DNA of 53,780 bases, taken from positions 1 through 53,780 of the forward strand of contig DASYLW010000003.1 of NCBI GenBank assembly GCA_036009385.1, given 5' to 3'. The first letter of the stretch is position 1; each line of letters opens with the position of its first letter. Of this stretch, positions 39,437 through 48,723 are shown in pieces. Under the pieces are notes generated by a model. It saw nothing but the letters and a program-made list of their open reading frames with translations. It made no database searches and had not been told where the DNA came from. The stretch comes from Caballeronia sp. (GTDB taxonomy: Bacteria; Pseudomonadota; Gammaproteobacteria; Burkholderiales; Burkholderiaceae). The translations under genes were made by a program, and so were the position numbers.

Positions 39437-41032
39437 ATGAAGGCATTACATAAAACAACCCTGCTGGCTTTACTGGCGGCAGGCGCGTTGAGCGCGGCAT
39501 GCGCACACGCTGCCGACGCCGTGCAACGCGGGGGAACGCTGGTCTACGGCCGGTATGCCGACAGCATTTTCCTCGAGCCGGTGTTGAATGACAGCAACAA
39601 CGACATCTGGATCCTTTCCAACCTGTATGACACCTTGCTGCTGCCCACCCGCAACGGCAAAGGCATTGAGGCTGGGCTGGCGACCGCATGGAAAGTGGCC
39701 GATGACGGTAAGAGCGTGACCCTGACTCTGCGCCCGGGCATCAAGTTTTCAGACGGTTCGCCCATTACCGCAGAGGACGTGAAATGGTCATTGGAGCGCG
39801 CCAGCAAACCGGGCAACGGAGTCTGGCAATTCATGGTCAGCGCAATCAGTAGCGTCGAGGTAAAAGACCCGCAAACTGTCGTGCTTCAACTCTCCCACCC
39901 TGACCCGGCGATCCTCAGCGCCCTGACTGTCTTTAACACGGCCATCATGCCTAAAAAGACCTTTGAGGCTGCACCGGGCGCGACCGATAGCGAGAAAGCC
40001 ACGGCGTTTGCCGAACATCCGGTTGGCTCCGGGCCGTTCATGCTCAAGTCCTGGCAACATAATTCCACCATGACGCTGGTGCGCAACCCGTATTACTGGC
40101 GCAAAGGAGCCGATGGCAAGGCGTTGCCCTACCTCGACAGCATCAAATTCGAAATCGTGCCCGACGACGCCACCCGCATCCTGAAACTGCAATCCGGTGA
40201 ACTCGACGGCGCCGAGTTCATTCCCTATTCCCGCGTCAACGAGCTGAAAGGCAACCCGGCGCTGAATATGATGTTGTTCCCTTCAACGCGCGTTGAATAT
40301 TCCAGCATGAACGTGCGTCCGGAAATCGACGGCAAACCAAATCCCCTGGCCAACCCGAAAGTGCGTGAAGCACTGAACTACGCCACAGACAAAGACGGCG
40401 TGATGCAGCTGGTCACGTATGGCATCGGTAAACCGATGAGCTCGTTCATGTCGACCTCTACGCCGCTGAACTCCGGCGCCAAGCCACTGTATCCGGTCGA
40501 TGTGGCGAAAGCTAACGCGCTGATGAAGGAGGCCGGGTTCGGCTCCGGTTTCAGCACCAGCATGATGATCCTCGCGGGTAACGAAGACGACATCAGCATC
40601 GCCACTGCGCTGCAACAGATGTGGTCGCAAATCGGTGTCAAACTCACGATCAATCAGGTCGATAACGCCACGCGCACCGACCGTTATCGCAAAGGCGACT
40701 TCAGCATGCGCCTGTCTCCGTGGACCGACGACATTGCCGATCCGAACGAAATCACCGCCTACTTTGCCTACTCCAAGAATATTCAGGCGTTGCATTCCGG
40801 CTGGAAGAATGACGTAGTCGATCAGGTGTTTGAACGCTCTCAGAAAGAGATGGATCCCGTCAAACGTGCGGCCGACTACAAGACAATTCAGGATACCTAC
40901 AACAGCACGGGCCCGACCATCCCGCTGTATGAGAGTTCGTATCCGGTCGCGCTGAAAAAAGACGTGCACGATTTTGTGCAGATCCCACTGGGCAACAACA
41001 TCTTCACCACCACCTGGCTACAAAAGAAATAA
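39437..41032 (+). CDS. Peptide/opine ABC transporter substrate-binding protein (SBP family 5)
   Basis: Signal peptide ending AHA; motifs LYDTL, KFSDGSPITAEDV, PVGSGPF and RNPYYW. Confidence 0.93.
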   Translation: MKALHKTTLLALLAAGALSAACAHAADAVQRGGTLVYGRYADSIFLEPVLNDSNNDIWILSNLYDTLLLPTRNGKGIEAGLATAWKVADDGKSVTLTLRPGIKFSDGSPITAEDVKWSLERASKPGNGVWQFMVSAISSVEVKDPQTVVLQLSHPDPAILSALTVFNTAIMPKKTFEAAPGATDSEKATAFAEHPVGSGPFMLKSWQHNSTMTLVRNPYYWRKGADGKALPYLDSIKFEIVPDDATRILKLQSGELDGAEFIPYSRVNELKGNPALNMMLFPSTRVEYSSMNVRPEIDGKPNPLANPKVREALNYATDKDGVMQLVTYGIGKPMSSFMSTSTPLNSGAKPLYPVDVAKANALMKEAGFGSGFSTSMMILAGNEDDISIATALQQMWSQIGVKLTINQVDNATRTDRYRKGDFSMRLSPWTDDIADPNEITAYFAYSKNIQALHSGWKNDVVDQVFERSQKEMDPVKRAADYKTIQDTYNSTGPTIPLYESSYPVALKKDVHDFVQIPLGNNIFTTTWLQKK

Positions 41033-41048
41033 CGGCCAGCACTGGAAA

Positions 41049-41084
41049 CGAGGCGCGTCAAAGCGCCTCGGTGCCCACCGGGCA
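41049..41084 (+). terminator. Stem-loops after the SBP gene (mRNA stabiliser or attenuator)
   Basis: CGAGGCGC-gtcaaa-GCGCCTCG followed by TGCCC-acc-GGGCA; no U-tract. Confidence 0.45.
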
Positions 41085-41137
41085 TGGACGCCAGTTTGCT
41101 GAACCCGCGGTTTATTACTGCAAGACCGGAGGGCCAG

Positions 41138-42076
41138 GTGCCCGAATTTGCCTACATCCTTAAACGAATATTGCTGATTGTTCCAACGCTGCTTGTGATC
41201 CTGGTGGTGACGTTCACCATCGTGCGCCTGTTGCCGGGTGATCCGGCCAGCGCCATGATCGGCGATCGCAGCACCGATTCTGATGTAACACGCATTAACG
41301 CAGAACTAGGCCTCGACAAACCACTGCCAGTGCAGTTTTTCTATTTTGTCCGTCAGGTCGCAACGCGCAATCTGGGTGACTCTTTTGCGCTGCACGAACC
41401 GGTTACCTCCGTCATCGCCGAGCGTCTGCCGGTAACCTTGATGCTCACGGCAATGGCCGGATTTTTCGCACTGGCAATGGCTATCCCGCTGGCGTTTGTC
41501 TCAGCCCTGCGGCGCAACAGTGCCACTGACATGGCCATTCGAGGCTCCTTTCAGGTCACACTCTCCATGCCGCCTTTTTACATTGGCCTCGTACTACTGA
41601 CCATCTTCTCGGCTCGTCTCCATTGGTTTCCCGTCGGCGGTTACGGCGACACATTCGGTGATCGGGTCTATCACCTTTTTTTGCCGTCGATGACGCTGGC
41701 ACTGAGCCTGACGGCCGTACTAATGAACAACCTCCGGGCCTCGATCATCGCAGTACTTGATGCCGAATACGTTACCTTCGCCCGAGCCAAAGGTCTGAGC
41801 AACCGCACGATCCTCCTGCGGCACGTTATGCGTAACGCGCTTATCCCGACGCTGACGCTTTTTGCCCTCAATATCGGCACGATTATCGGCGGTGCGGTGA
41901 TCACCGAAACCGTCTTCGCCGTACCGGGAATTTGCCGGTTGATGGTCGACAGCATTTTCAGCCGTGACTACCCCATGGTGCAGGGTCTGGTGATCGTGCT
42001 GTCGGTACTGGTTTCCCTGATCTTCCTTGTCACCGACATCGTCCAGGTCGCGCTCGACCCGCGGAGGGCAAGATGA
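41138..42076 (+). CDS. Peptide ABC transporter permease (DppB-like)
   Basis: Motifs PGDPA, GLDKP, YVTFARAKG, RNALIP and DPR; GTG start after GGAGG. Confidence 0.92.
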   Translation: MPEFAYILKRILLIVPTLLVILVVTFTIVRLLPGDPASAMIGDRSTDSDVTRINAELGLDKPLPVQFFYFVRQVATRNLGDSFALHEPVTSVIAERLPVTLMLTAMAGFFALAMAIPLAFVSALRRNSATDMAIRGSFQVTLSMPPFYIGLVLLTIFSARLHWFPVGGYGDTFGDRVYHLFLPSMTLALSLTAVLMNNLRASIIAVLDAEYVTFARAKGLSNRTILLRHVMRNALIPTLTLFALNIGTIIGGAVITETVFAVPGICRLMVDSIFSRDYPMVQGLVIVLSVLVSLIFLVTDIVQVALDPRRAR

Positions 42077-42924
42077 CAGCACTTATTCTCTCCCGTTCGT
42101 TGACTCGTTCGTGGCGCAAACGTCTGCCGTGGCCCACGCTGCTAGGCATGTTGATTTTGCTGTTCAGCCTGACCGCGGCATTTTTCCCCGCATGGATCGC
42201 GCCTCATGATCCGCTGCAGTTCGACTACCGCGCGATCCTCAAGGGCCCCAGCGCCCAGCACCTCTTCGGTACCGATAATTTCGGCCGCGATATTTTTGCT
42301 CGCGTGATCTATGCGTACCGGATCGATTTGCAGATCGCCTTGTTCACCACGCTGTTCCCGATGGTGTTCGGTACGCTGGCCGGCTTGCTGGTCGGTTTTT
42401 ACGGCGGTATGGCTGAAACCTTGTTCCAGCGCGTGGTTGACGCAGTGATCACTTTCCCGCTGCTAGTGCTGGTGATCGCTATCGTCGCGATCCTCGGGCC
42501 TGGACTGAAGAGCATGTACATCGCCGTCGGGATCATCTACTGGGTGTTTTACGCCCGGTTGATCGCCGGTGAAGTCAGCGTACAAAAGCGGCTGGATTAC
42601 GTTGCCGCCGGACAGGTGATGGGCTACAGCCACCTGCGGATCATCTTTCGCCATCTGTTGCCGAACGTGGTCACGACCACCCTGGTGTACTGGATGACCG
42701 ACATGGCGCTGTCAATCCTGCTCGGGTCCAGCCTGGGCTATCTCGGTCTGGGCGCACAGCCTCCGACGGCGGAATGGGGCGTGCTGATTTCATCGGGCAA
42801 GAACTTCATGGACACCGCCTGGTGGATCACTATTTTCCCTGGAGTGGCTATTGTCCTGACGGGCCTTGGCTTCAGCCTGATCGGCGATGCGCTGGCCGAA
42901 TGGTTACGTCCCGGCAATCACTAG
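42073..42924 (+). CDS. Peptide ABC transporter permease (DppC-like)
   Basis: Motifs HLFGTDNFGRD, HLLPN and GAQPPTAEWG. Confidence 0.92.
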   Translation: MTALILSRSLTRSWRKRLPWPTLLGMLILLFSLTAAFFPAWIAPHDPLQFDYRAILKGPSAQHLFGTDNFGRDIFARVIYAYRIDLQIALFTTLFPMVFGTLAGLLVGFYGGMAETLFQRVVDAVITFPLLVLVIAIVAILGPGLKSMYIAVGIIYWVFYARLIAGEVSVQKRLDYVAAGQVMGYSHLRIIFRHLLPNVVTTTLVYWMTDMALSILLGSSLGYLGLGAQPPTAEWGVLISSGKNFMDTAWWITIFPGVAIVLTGLGFSLIGDALAEWLRPGNH

Positions 42925-42934
42925 AATCGAATCG

Positions 42935-43948
42935 ATGAACAATCAATCAGACAGCGACGGCGCACTGTTGCAAGTAACCGGCCTGAATACCCGCATCAAG
43001 ACATCGCGTGGCGAGTTGCGTGCGATTCAGGACGTCAGCCTGACGCTGGAAAAGGGTGAGATCCTCGGACTAGTAGGCGAATCCGGCTCGGGCAAGAGCG
43101 TGACGTTGCGTTCGCTTCTCAAGCTGATGCCCCCGTCTGCGGAAATCTCCGGCTCGGTGAAATGGCAGGGACGCGAACTCTCTACGTTAAGCTCCTCCGC
43201 GCTGCGCTCGGTACGTGGTCGCGAGATCGCCATGATTTTCCAGGAGCCGATGATCGCCCTGAACCCGGTGCTGACCGTGTGGAGGCAAATTGAGGAAACC
43301 CTGCATGCGCACACCGACCTGAACCGCAAACAGCGGCGTCTGCGCGCTGTAGAGCTTCTGACCCAAGTGGGGATTCCGGCGCCGGAAAGCCGGCTGGATG
43401 ATTATCCGCATCAATTTTCTGGCGGCATGCGCCAGCGCGTGATGATAGCCATTGCGCTGGCCGGCGATCCTCGCTTGCTGCTGGCGGACGAACCCACCAC
43501 CGCGCTTGATGTCACCATCCAGGAGCAAATCCTGAAGCTGCTGCTCAATCTGCGCGATGAACTGGGCATGGGCATTATTTTCGTTACGCACGATCTGGGC
43601 GTGGTTGCGCAACTCTGCGATCGCGTAGCGGTAATGTACGCCGGGCGCATTGTCGAAACCGGGCCGGTCAACGCGATTCTCCGCCAGCCACATCACCCTT
43701 ATACCCAGGGGCTGATCGCCTCGGTGCCTCAGGCAGGTGACGAAGGTACGCCACTGCTGTCGATCGAAGGTACGCCGCCGTCGCTGCTGGATTTACCGCA
43801 AGGGTGCAGCTTTAGCTCCCGCTGCATCCACAGCACCGCGGTGTGCCGGCAACAGCTGCCGGAGCTGGTGACGTTGTCGGAACATCAACAGGTTGCCTGT
43901 CATCATCATCTGCACATTCAGCAGCAACGACAGCCGGAAGAGGTATGA
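42935..43948 (+). CDS. Peptide ABC transporter ATP-binding protein (DppD-like)
   Basis: Motifs [24 protein letters not shown] and HPYT. Confidence 0.93.
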   Translation: MNNQSDSDGALLQVTGLNTRIKTSRGELRAIQDVSLTLEKGEILGLVGESGSGKSVTLRSLLKLMPPSAEISGSVKWQGRELSTLSSSALRSVRGREIAMIFQEPMIALNPVLTVWRQIEETLHAHTDLNRKQRRLRAVELLTQVGIPAPESRLDDYPHQFSGGMRQRVMIAIALAGDPRLLLADEPTTALDVTIQEQILKLLLNLRDELGMGIIFVTHDLGVVAQLCDRVAVMYAGRIVETGPVNAILRQPHHPYTQGLIASVPQAGDEGTPLLSIEGTPPSLLDLPQGCSFSSRCIHSTAVCRQQLPELVTLSEHQQVACHHHLHIQQQRQPEEV

Positions 43949-43949
43949 G

Positions 43950-44948
43950 ATGAGCGAGACCATCACGCCGCGCGAGATACCGATCATCAGCGTCGAAGAC
44001 GCGATGGTGCATTTCCCCGTAAAGCGATCGCAGATGCAGCGCCTGCAAGGAAAACCGAAGCAGTTTGTACAGGCACTGAATGGCGTGCGCCTGGAAATCG
44101 CCCGTGGCGAAACGCTGGGGATTGTCGGCGAATCCGGCTGTGGAAAGTCCACGTTGGCGCGCGCGCTGGTGGGCCTGCTAAGCACCACCGACGGGCGGGT
44201 ACGCTTCAAGGGGCAGGACATTTCCACACTGCTTGGTCAGGCCCGGCGCAACTTCAACCGCCAGGTGCAGATGATATTTCAGGATCCCTACGGTTCGCTG
44301 AACCCGCGCATGACGGTTGGCCAGATGTTGAGTGAAGCGCTGTCGGTGCACGACATGCGTCCGAAGCATGCCATTCCTGCAAGGATCCTTGAGCTAATGG
44401 ACCTGGTGCGCTTACCGGCGGATGCCATAGACAAACTGCCGCATGAGTTTTCCGGCGGACAGCGCCAGCGCATTGGCATCAGTCGTGCGCTTGCGGTTGA
44501 ACCGGAAGTGCTGGTCGCCGATGAGTTGGTGTCGGCGCTGGACGTCTCGGTGCAGGCGCAGGTGGTCAATCTGTTGCTGGACCTGCAGAACAAGCTGTCT
44601 CTGACGGTGCTGTTCGTCGCCCACGACCTACGGCTGGTACGCCATATTTCGCACCGTGTCGCGGTGATGTATCTTGGGGAAGTTGTCGAGGTTGGCAACA
44701 CGCAAACGCTGTATCGCACTCCGCTGCACCCCTATACCCAAGCACTATTGCGCGCTGCGCCGAGCCTCGACCCTGCCACACGCGGCAAGAATGTCAGCCT
44801 GACCGGCGAATTGCCTAGCCCTCTTTCGCCCCCGGCCGGCTGTCGTTTTCATACCCGCTGCCCTAACGTCACGGACCGCTGCCGGGTTGAACGGCCTGTG
44901 CTGACATTAAAAGCGTCAGGGCAAAAAGTCGCCTGTCATTGGGCGTGA
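43950..44948 (+). CDS. Peptide ABC transporter ATP-binding protein (DppF-like)
   Basis: Motifs GESGCGKS, FSGGQRQR and GCRFHTRC. Confidence 0.93.
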   Translation: MSETITPREIPIISVEDAMVHFPVKRSQMQRLQGKPKQFVQALNGVRLEIARGETLGIVGESGCGKSTLARALVGLLSTTDGRVRFKGQDISTLLGQARRNFNRQVQMIFQDPYGSLNPRMTVGQMLSEALSVHDMRPKHAIPARILELMDLVRLPADAIDKLPHEFSGGQRQRIGISRALAVEPEVLVADELVSALDVSVQAQVVNLLLDLQNKLSLTVLFVAHDLRLVRHISHRVAVMYLGEVVEVGNTQTLYRTPLHPYTQALLRAAPSLDPATRGKNVSLTGELPSPLSPPAGCRFHTRCPNVTDRCRVERPVLTLKASGQKVACHWA

Positions 44949-44990
44949 AAAGATTAGCCCGAAACACTAACCAGAGTGCAAGAGAACAAT

Positions 44991-45953
44991 ATGACTAAAA
45001 ACTCATCCACGCCGGCACTGGCGATCCACGGTGGTTGCGGTGTGATGGCCGAACATGAGATGACCGCAGAAGAATGGGACGCGGCCCGCGATGCGCTGAA
45101 GCAAGCGTTGCGGGCAGGTGCGGTCGTGTTGCAACGCGCCGGCTCCGCACTGGATGCGGTTCAGGCTGCGGTGCTGGTGATGGAAGACTCGCCGTGGTTC
45201 AACGCCGGTTTCGGTGCGGCTCTCAACGCCGACGCACAGCACGAACTTGACGCCGCCATCATGTGCGGCAGCACTTCGGCAGCCGGCGCAGTTTGCGGCG
45301 CGAGGCAGATCCGCAATCCGATTTTAGCGGCCCGAAGTCTGCTGGATGCCGGCGAAAGCGTGTTGCTTGGCGGCAGCGGTGCTGACCGTTACGCCCTTCA
45401 ACATGGCCTCGCCTGCGTTGACGGCGACTATTTCACCACGCCACGTCGTGTAGAAGCGCTCGAGGCCATGCGCCGCCACCAACTGGCAGGCACGTACAAA
45501 GCCGCAAAAGAAGCGGAAAAACATGGAACGGTCGGTGCCGTGGCACTCGACCAGCACGGCCATCTGGCGGCGGCAACCTCCACAGGCGGGTACACCAACA
45601 AGCCGGTTGGCCGCATCGGCGACAGTCCCCTGATCGGCTCTGGCACTTATGCCCGCGATGGCGCCTGCGCGGTGTCCGGCACTGGCCAGGGAGAATATTT
45701 CATCCGTCATGTATTGGCTCACGACATTGCCTGCCGCATGACTCATGCCGGCGAAAACGTTCAGCAGGCCGCCGCACACAAGATCATGGGAGAGTTTAAG
45801 GATCTGGGAGTGGGTGCCGGCGTTATCGCCATCAGTGCTGATGGTGAAGTCGCCGCGCCGTTCAATACTATCGGCATGTTCCGCGGATGGATCTTGCCTG
45901 ACGGACGCGCTTGTGTCGGCAGTCATCGCGACCTCTACTATTTCGATCTTTGA
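44991..45953 (+). CDS. iaaA: Isoaspartyl peptidase/L-asparaginase (Ntn hydrolase, IaaA-like)
   Basis: Motifs AIHGG, FNAG, autocleavage/nucleophile HG|TVGAVA, TSTGG, GRIGD and TGQGE. Confidence 0.92.
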   Translation: MTKNSSTPALAIHGGCGVMAEHEMTAEEWDAARDALKQALRAGAVVLQRAGSALDAVQAAVLVMEDSPWFNAGFGAALNADAQHELDAAIMCGSTSAAGAVCGARQIRNPILAARSLLDAGESVLLGGSGADRYALQHGLACVDGDYFTTPRRVEALEAMRRHQLAGTYKAAKEAEKHGTVGAVALDQHGHLAAATSTGGYTNKPVGRIGDSPLIGSGTYARDGACAVSGTGQGEYFIRHVLAHDIACRMTHAGENVQQAAAHKIMGEFKDLGVGAGVIAISADGEVAAPFNTIGMFRGWILPDGRACVGSHRDLYYFDL

Positions 45954-45955
45954 GG

Positions 45956-46042
45956 GATGAATGGACCCATCCGCAACTGCTCGCGCGCGAGCGTCTGGTC
46001 GAGGTGAATACTCCGGCCAGCCCAATGCCCGCGATGCTGCCG
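45956..46042 (+). pseudogene. Relic of a CaiB/BaiF (Ict-like) CoA-transferase C-terminal region
   Basis: DEWTHPQLLARERLVEVNTPASPMPAMLP matches DVWAHPQLAARGRWREVGTSAGRVPALSP of the 3851-5029 protein at 16 of 29 positions with no gaps. Confidence 0.75.
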
Positions 46043-46069
46043 CTGGCGAACCATGGACAAAAGGAACAC

Positions 46070-47314
46070 ATGATTGCTGACATTCTCACCGCACCGACCT
46101 TAGGCGCTTTTTTCTACGACGACCAGCGCGCCATCCGCGCAGGCGCGCAGCAGGTGGGTTTCGACTACACCGGTGAACCCGTCACGCCGGGTTTCTCGCG
46201 CATCCGCGTGCCGGGTCAGGCGCTTGGCGTCGGCCTCGTGCTCGACGACAGCTTCGTCGCGTGGGGCGACATGATGACCGTGCAGTACTCCGCGGCAGGC
46301 GGGCGCGAACCGGTGTTCAATCGCGACCGTGCGCAGGCGCTGCTCGATGGACCCTTGAAGCCGCGTTTGCTCGCGCTCGATTTCAGCAACCTGCGTGAGG
46401 ACATCGCGCGCGTATTCGCTCCGTTGCCCGATGGCTCGAGCGTGCCGTCATCGGTGCAATACGGACTCAGTCAGGCGTTGCTTGGCGCGTATGCACATCG
46501 CCGCCGCTTGACAATTGCCGAGGTGCTCGCCGATGCCTACGACCTGCTCCTCATTGCCGAACCCGTGCCCATCTATGCGCAGAGCGGCGACGAACGCAAG
46601 GTGAACGTGCAGAAGATGGTCATGAAACGCGTCGATGTCCTGCCGCATGGTCTCATCAACACGCCCGCGAAATTCGGCCAGGACGGTCGCCTCTTCGCCG
46701 ACTACGCCAAATGGGTCGCGGCTCAAGTCAACGGTGCAGCGGACCCCGCCTATCAGCCGACCTTGCACTTCGATCTGTACGGCAACGCAGGTATCGAATT
46801 CCATGATGATCCGTTGAAGATCGCCGAGTACATCGCACGTGTCGCGGAGTCGGTGGCGCCTTATCAACTCCATATTGAATCGCCCGCCGACTATGGCAGC
46901 ACTGACAACCAGATTGAGGGTTTCCTGCAGATCCGGCATCACCTCAATGCATTGGGATGCAACGCAAAGATCGTCGCCGACGAATGGTGCGACACGCTGG
47001 CCGACGTCGAACGCTTCTGCAAGAGCGGCGCAGCCGATATAGTCCAGATCAAGATGCCTGACGTGGGCAGCGTGACGCATTCGTTCGAAGCCGTGCTGTT
47101 GTGCAAGGCACACGGCGTCGGCGCTTATCTGGGCGGCAGTTGCGTGGAGACCGACTTGTCCGCGCGCATCTCGGTGCATGCCGCACTCGCCTCGCGCGCC
47201 GACATGCAGCTCGCCAAACCCGGCATGGGCGTGGACGAAGCCTTGACCATCGTCGGGAACGAGCAAGCCCGCTTGCTTGCGTTATTACGGGCGAAAAACG
47301 CGCGCCGCGGATAA
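46070..47314 (+). CDS. mal: Methylaspartate ammonia-lyase
   Basis: MAL-type motifs FYDDQ, VQYS, QSGD, LPHGLIN, HFDLYG, IESP, VADEWC, QIKMPD, GGSC and KPGMG; AAGGA RBS before MIAD. Confidence 0.9.
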   Translation: MIADILTAPTLGAFFYDDQRAIRAGAQQVGFDYTGEPVTPGFSRIRVPGQALGVGLVLDDSFVAWGDMMTVQYSAAGGREPVFNRDRAQALLDGPLKPRLLALDFSNLREDIARVFAPLPDGSSVPSSVQYGLSQALLGAYAHRRRLTIAEVLADAYDLLLIAEPVPIYAQSGDERKVNVQKMVMKRVDVLPHGLINTPAKFGQDGRLFADYAKWVAAQVNGAADPAYQPTLHFDLYGNAGIEFHDDPLKIAEYIARVAESVAPYQLHIESPADYGSTDNQIEGFLQIRHHLNALGCNAKIVADEWCDTLADVERFCKSGAADIVQIKMPDVGSVTHSFEAVLLCKAHGVGAYLGGSCVETDLSARISVHAALASRADMQLAKPGMGVDEALTIVGNEQARLLALLRAKNARRG

Positions 47315-47408
47315 CGGACACGCCTCGCCAGTGATTTTCGCAATACTCGCAATACACGTCTTACCAAAATCAGAGCTCATAAAAGGCGCAACTGATCAGG
47401 AGATCGGA

Positions 47409-47522
47409 ATGCAGCGGTATCAGACAAAAATGTTTGCGCTGGCCGCTGGCCTCGCAACGGGAATGGCGGCCATCGCTGGCATCGTGCAATGGCAATCGCA
47501 GAGGTCACCATTGGATTCGTAG
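47409..47522 (+). CDS. Putative small membrane peptide (37 aa)
   Basis: CAGGAG RBS; MQRYQTK followed by hydrophobic MFALAAGLATGMAAIAGIV. Confidence 0.45.
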   Translation: MQRYQTKMFALAAGLATGMAAIAGIVQWQSQRSPLDS

Positions 47523-47658
47523 CACGGCTGAGCGGCGCGGTGGCGCGTGACGGCAACCACGTCGAGCGTGGCCCTTAGCTCGCTATTGAGGACTACAACA
47601 AGAAGGACTGGTCATCGGTGTCAAGCAGTGGTCTTGAGAAACGTGATCCACCGCTCAA

Positions 47659-48705
47659 TCACGCGATCCGTTGCATGTACCTCGGCAAATCGGGTTCGGG
47701 TAGCACCGCCAGCACTTTCAAACGCTTCAGCGTGCGTTCCTGCGCCGCATACAGGTGCGCGCTTAGCGCTGCTGTTGCCGCGTCGACATCGTTGTCGAGC
47801 AGATGCCGCAATACCGCGCGATGTTCTGTCAGCGTCGCCACGTCGGGATGCAGATTGAAGGCGTTATGGAACGCATGATTCACCGTCAGCGGCATGTGCG
47901 CATGCCCGATCGTGCGCAGTAGCTTCTTGTTGTGCGCATGCTGCAGGCAGTCGACGTGCAGTGTGGTCTCGAGCCGCTGCAAGCCGTCCGCATCGATAGA
48001 ATCCGGGTCGCGGATCGACCTCTCGATTTCGGCATACGCATGGGTGAGCACATCGTGGGCGAGCAAAGGCTGGCTGGCGCGAAGCGCGGCCGGCTCCAGC
48101 AACACGCGCAGTTCATAGTCCTGCGCTACTGCTCGCGCGGTCAGCGGACCGGCAAGCCAGTGCGAGTAAGCGGACTTCTCGATCAGTCCGAGATCGCGAA
48201 GTCGGTTCAGCGCTTCACGTACCGTACTGCGACTCACGCCGAATGCTTCCGCCGCTACGCTCTCGTCGATGCGGAAATGACCGAATGCGATCCCGATCGA
48301 CACCGCCGCTTCGAGCGCGTGATAGATTCGCTCGCTGTTCGACGGCAGCGCTAGCGCAACCGGTGCCTCGTCCAAGCCGAGCGTCACCTCGGACAACGGT
48401 GCGCGTAACGGCTCCGCCACGCTGCCGTCGGGATGTGCGACCAGGTAGCCGCGCCCGTCGAACGTGTGCAGCAGGCCGCCGGCATGCAGCATCTCAAACG
48501 CCTTGCGCACCGGCACGCGGCTCGTGCCGAAAATCTCTGCGACCGGCCCCTCGACTAACACCAGTCCAGGAGACACGCGTCCGAGCGCAATCGCCTTCTT
48601 CAAGTGATCGTGGATCAGGCGGTAGCGTAGTCGGGTGTCGGCATCAACCGCAGTTTCCGCAAGCGAGGGCGGCAGCGAAGCCGGAGCGCGTATGCGTCTT
48701 TTCAT
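47659..48705 (-). CDS. GntR/FCD regulator with two winged-HTH domains
   Basis: HTH1 FGTSRVPVRKAF, HTH2 FGVSRSTVREAL, and FCD domain (YELRVLLE...EHRAVL). Confidence 0.88.
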   Translation of the reverse strand: MKRRIRAPASLPPSLAETAVDADTRLRYRLIHDHLKKAIALGRVSPGLVLVEGPVAEIFGTSRVPVRKAFEMLHAGGLLHTFDGRGYLVAHPDGSVAEPLRAPLSEVTLGLDEAPVALALPSNSERIYHALEAAVSIGIAFGHFRIDESVAAEAFGVSRSTVREALNRLRDLGLIEKSAYSHWLAGPLTARAVAQDYELRVLLEPAALRASQPLLAHDVLTHAYAEIERSIRDPDSIDADGLQRLETTLHVDCLQHAHNKKLLRTIGHAHMPLTVNHAFHNAFNLHPDVATLTEHRAVLRHLLDNDVDAATAALSAHLYAAQERTLKRLKVLAVLPEPDLPRYMQRIA

Positions 48706-48723
48706 CTTTCAGGTTGTTGTGCT

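Noticed and set aside
45911-46069. 53-aa N-terminal extension of MAL
   Set aside because: Overlaps iaaA and is better explained as a CoA-transferase relic; MAL homology and the RBS start at 46070.
39437-47314. Calling this a microcystin-degradation (mlr) locus
   Set aside because: No MlrA/B/C-like genes are seen, and the D-configured methylaspartate of microcystin does not match known MAL preference. Kept only as an example source of iso-linked methylaspartate.
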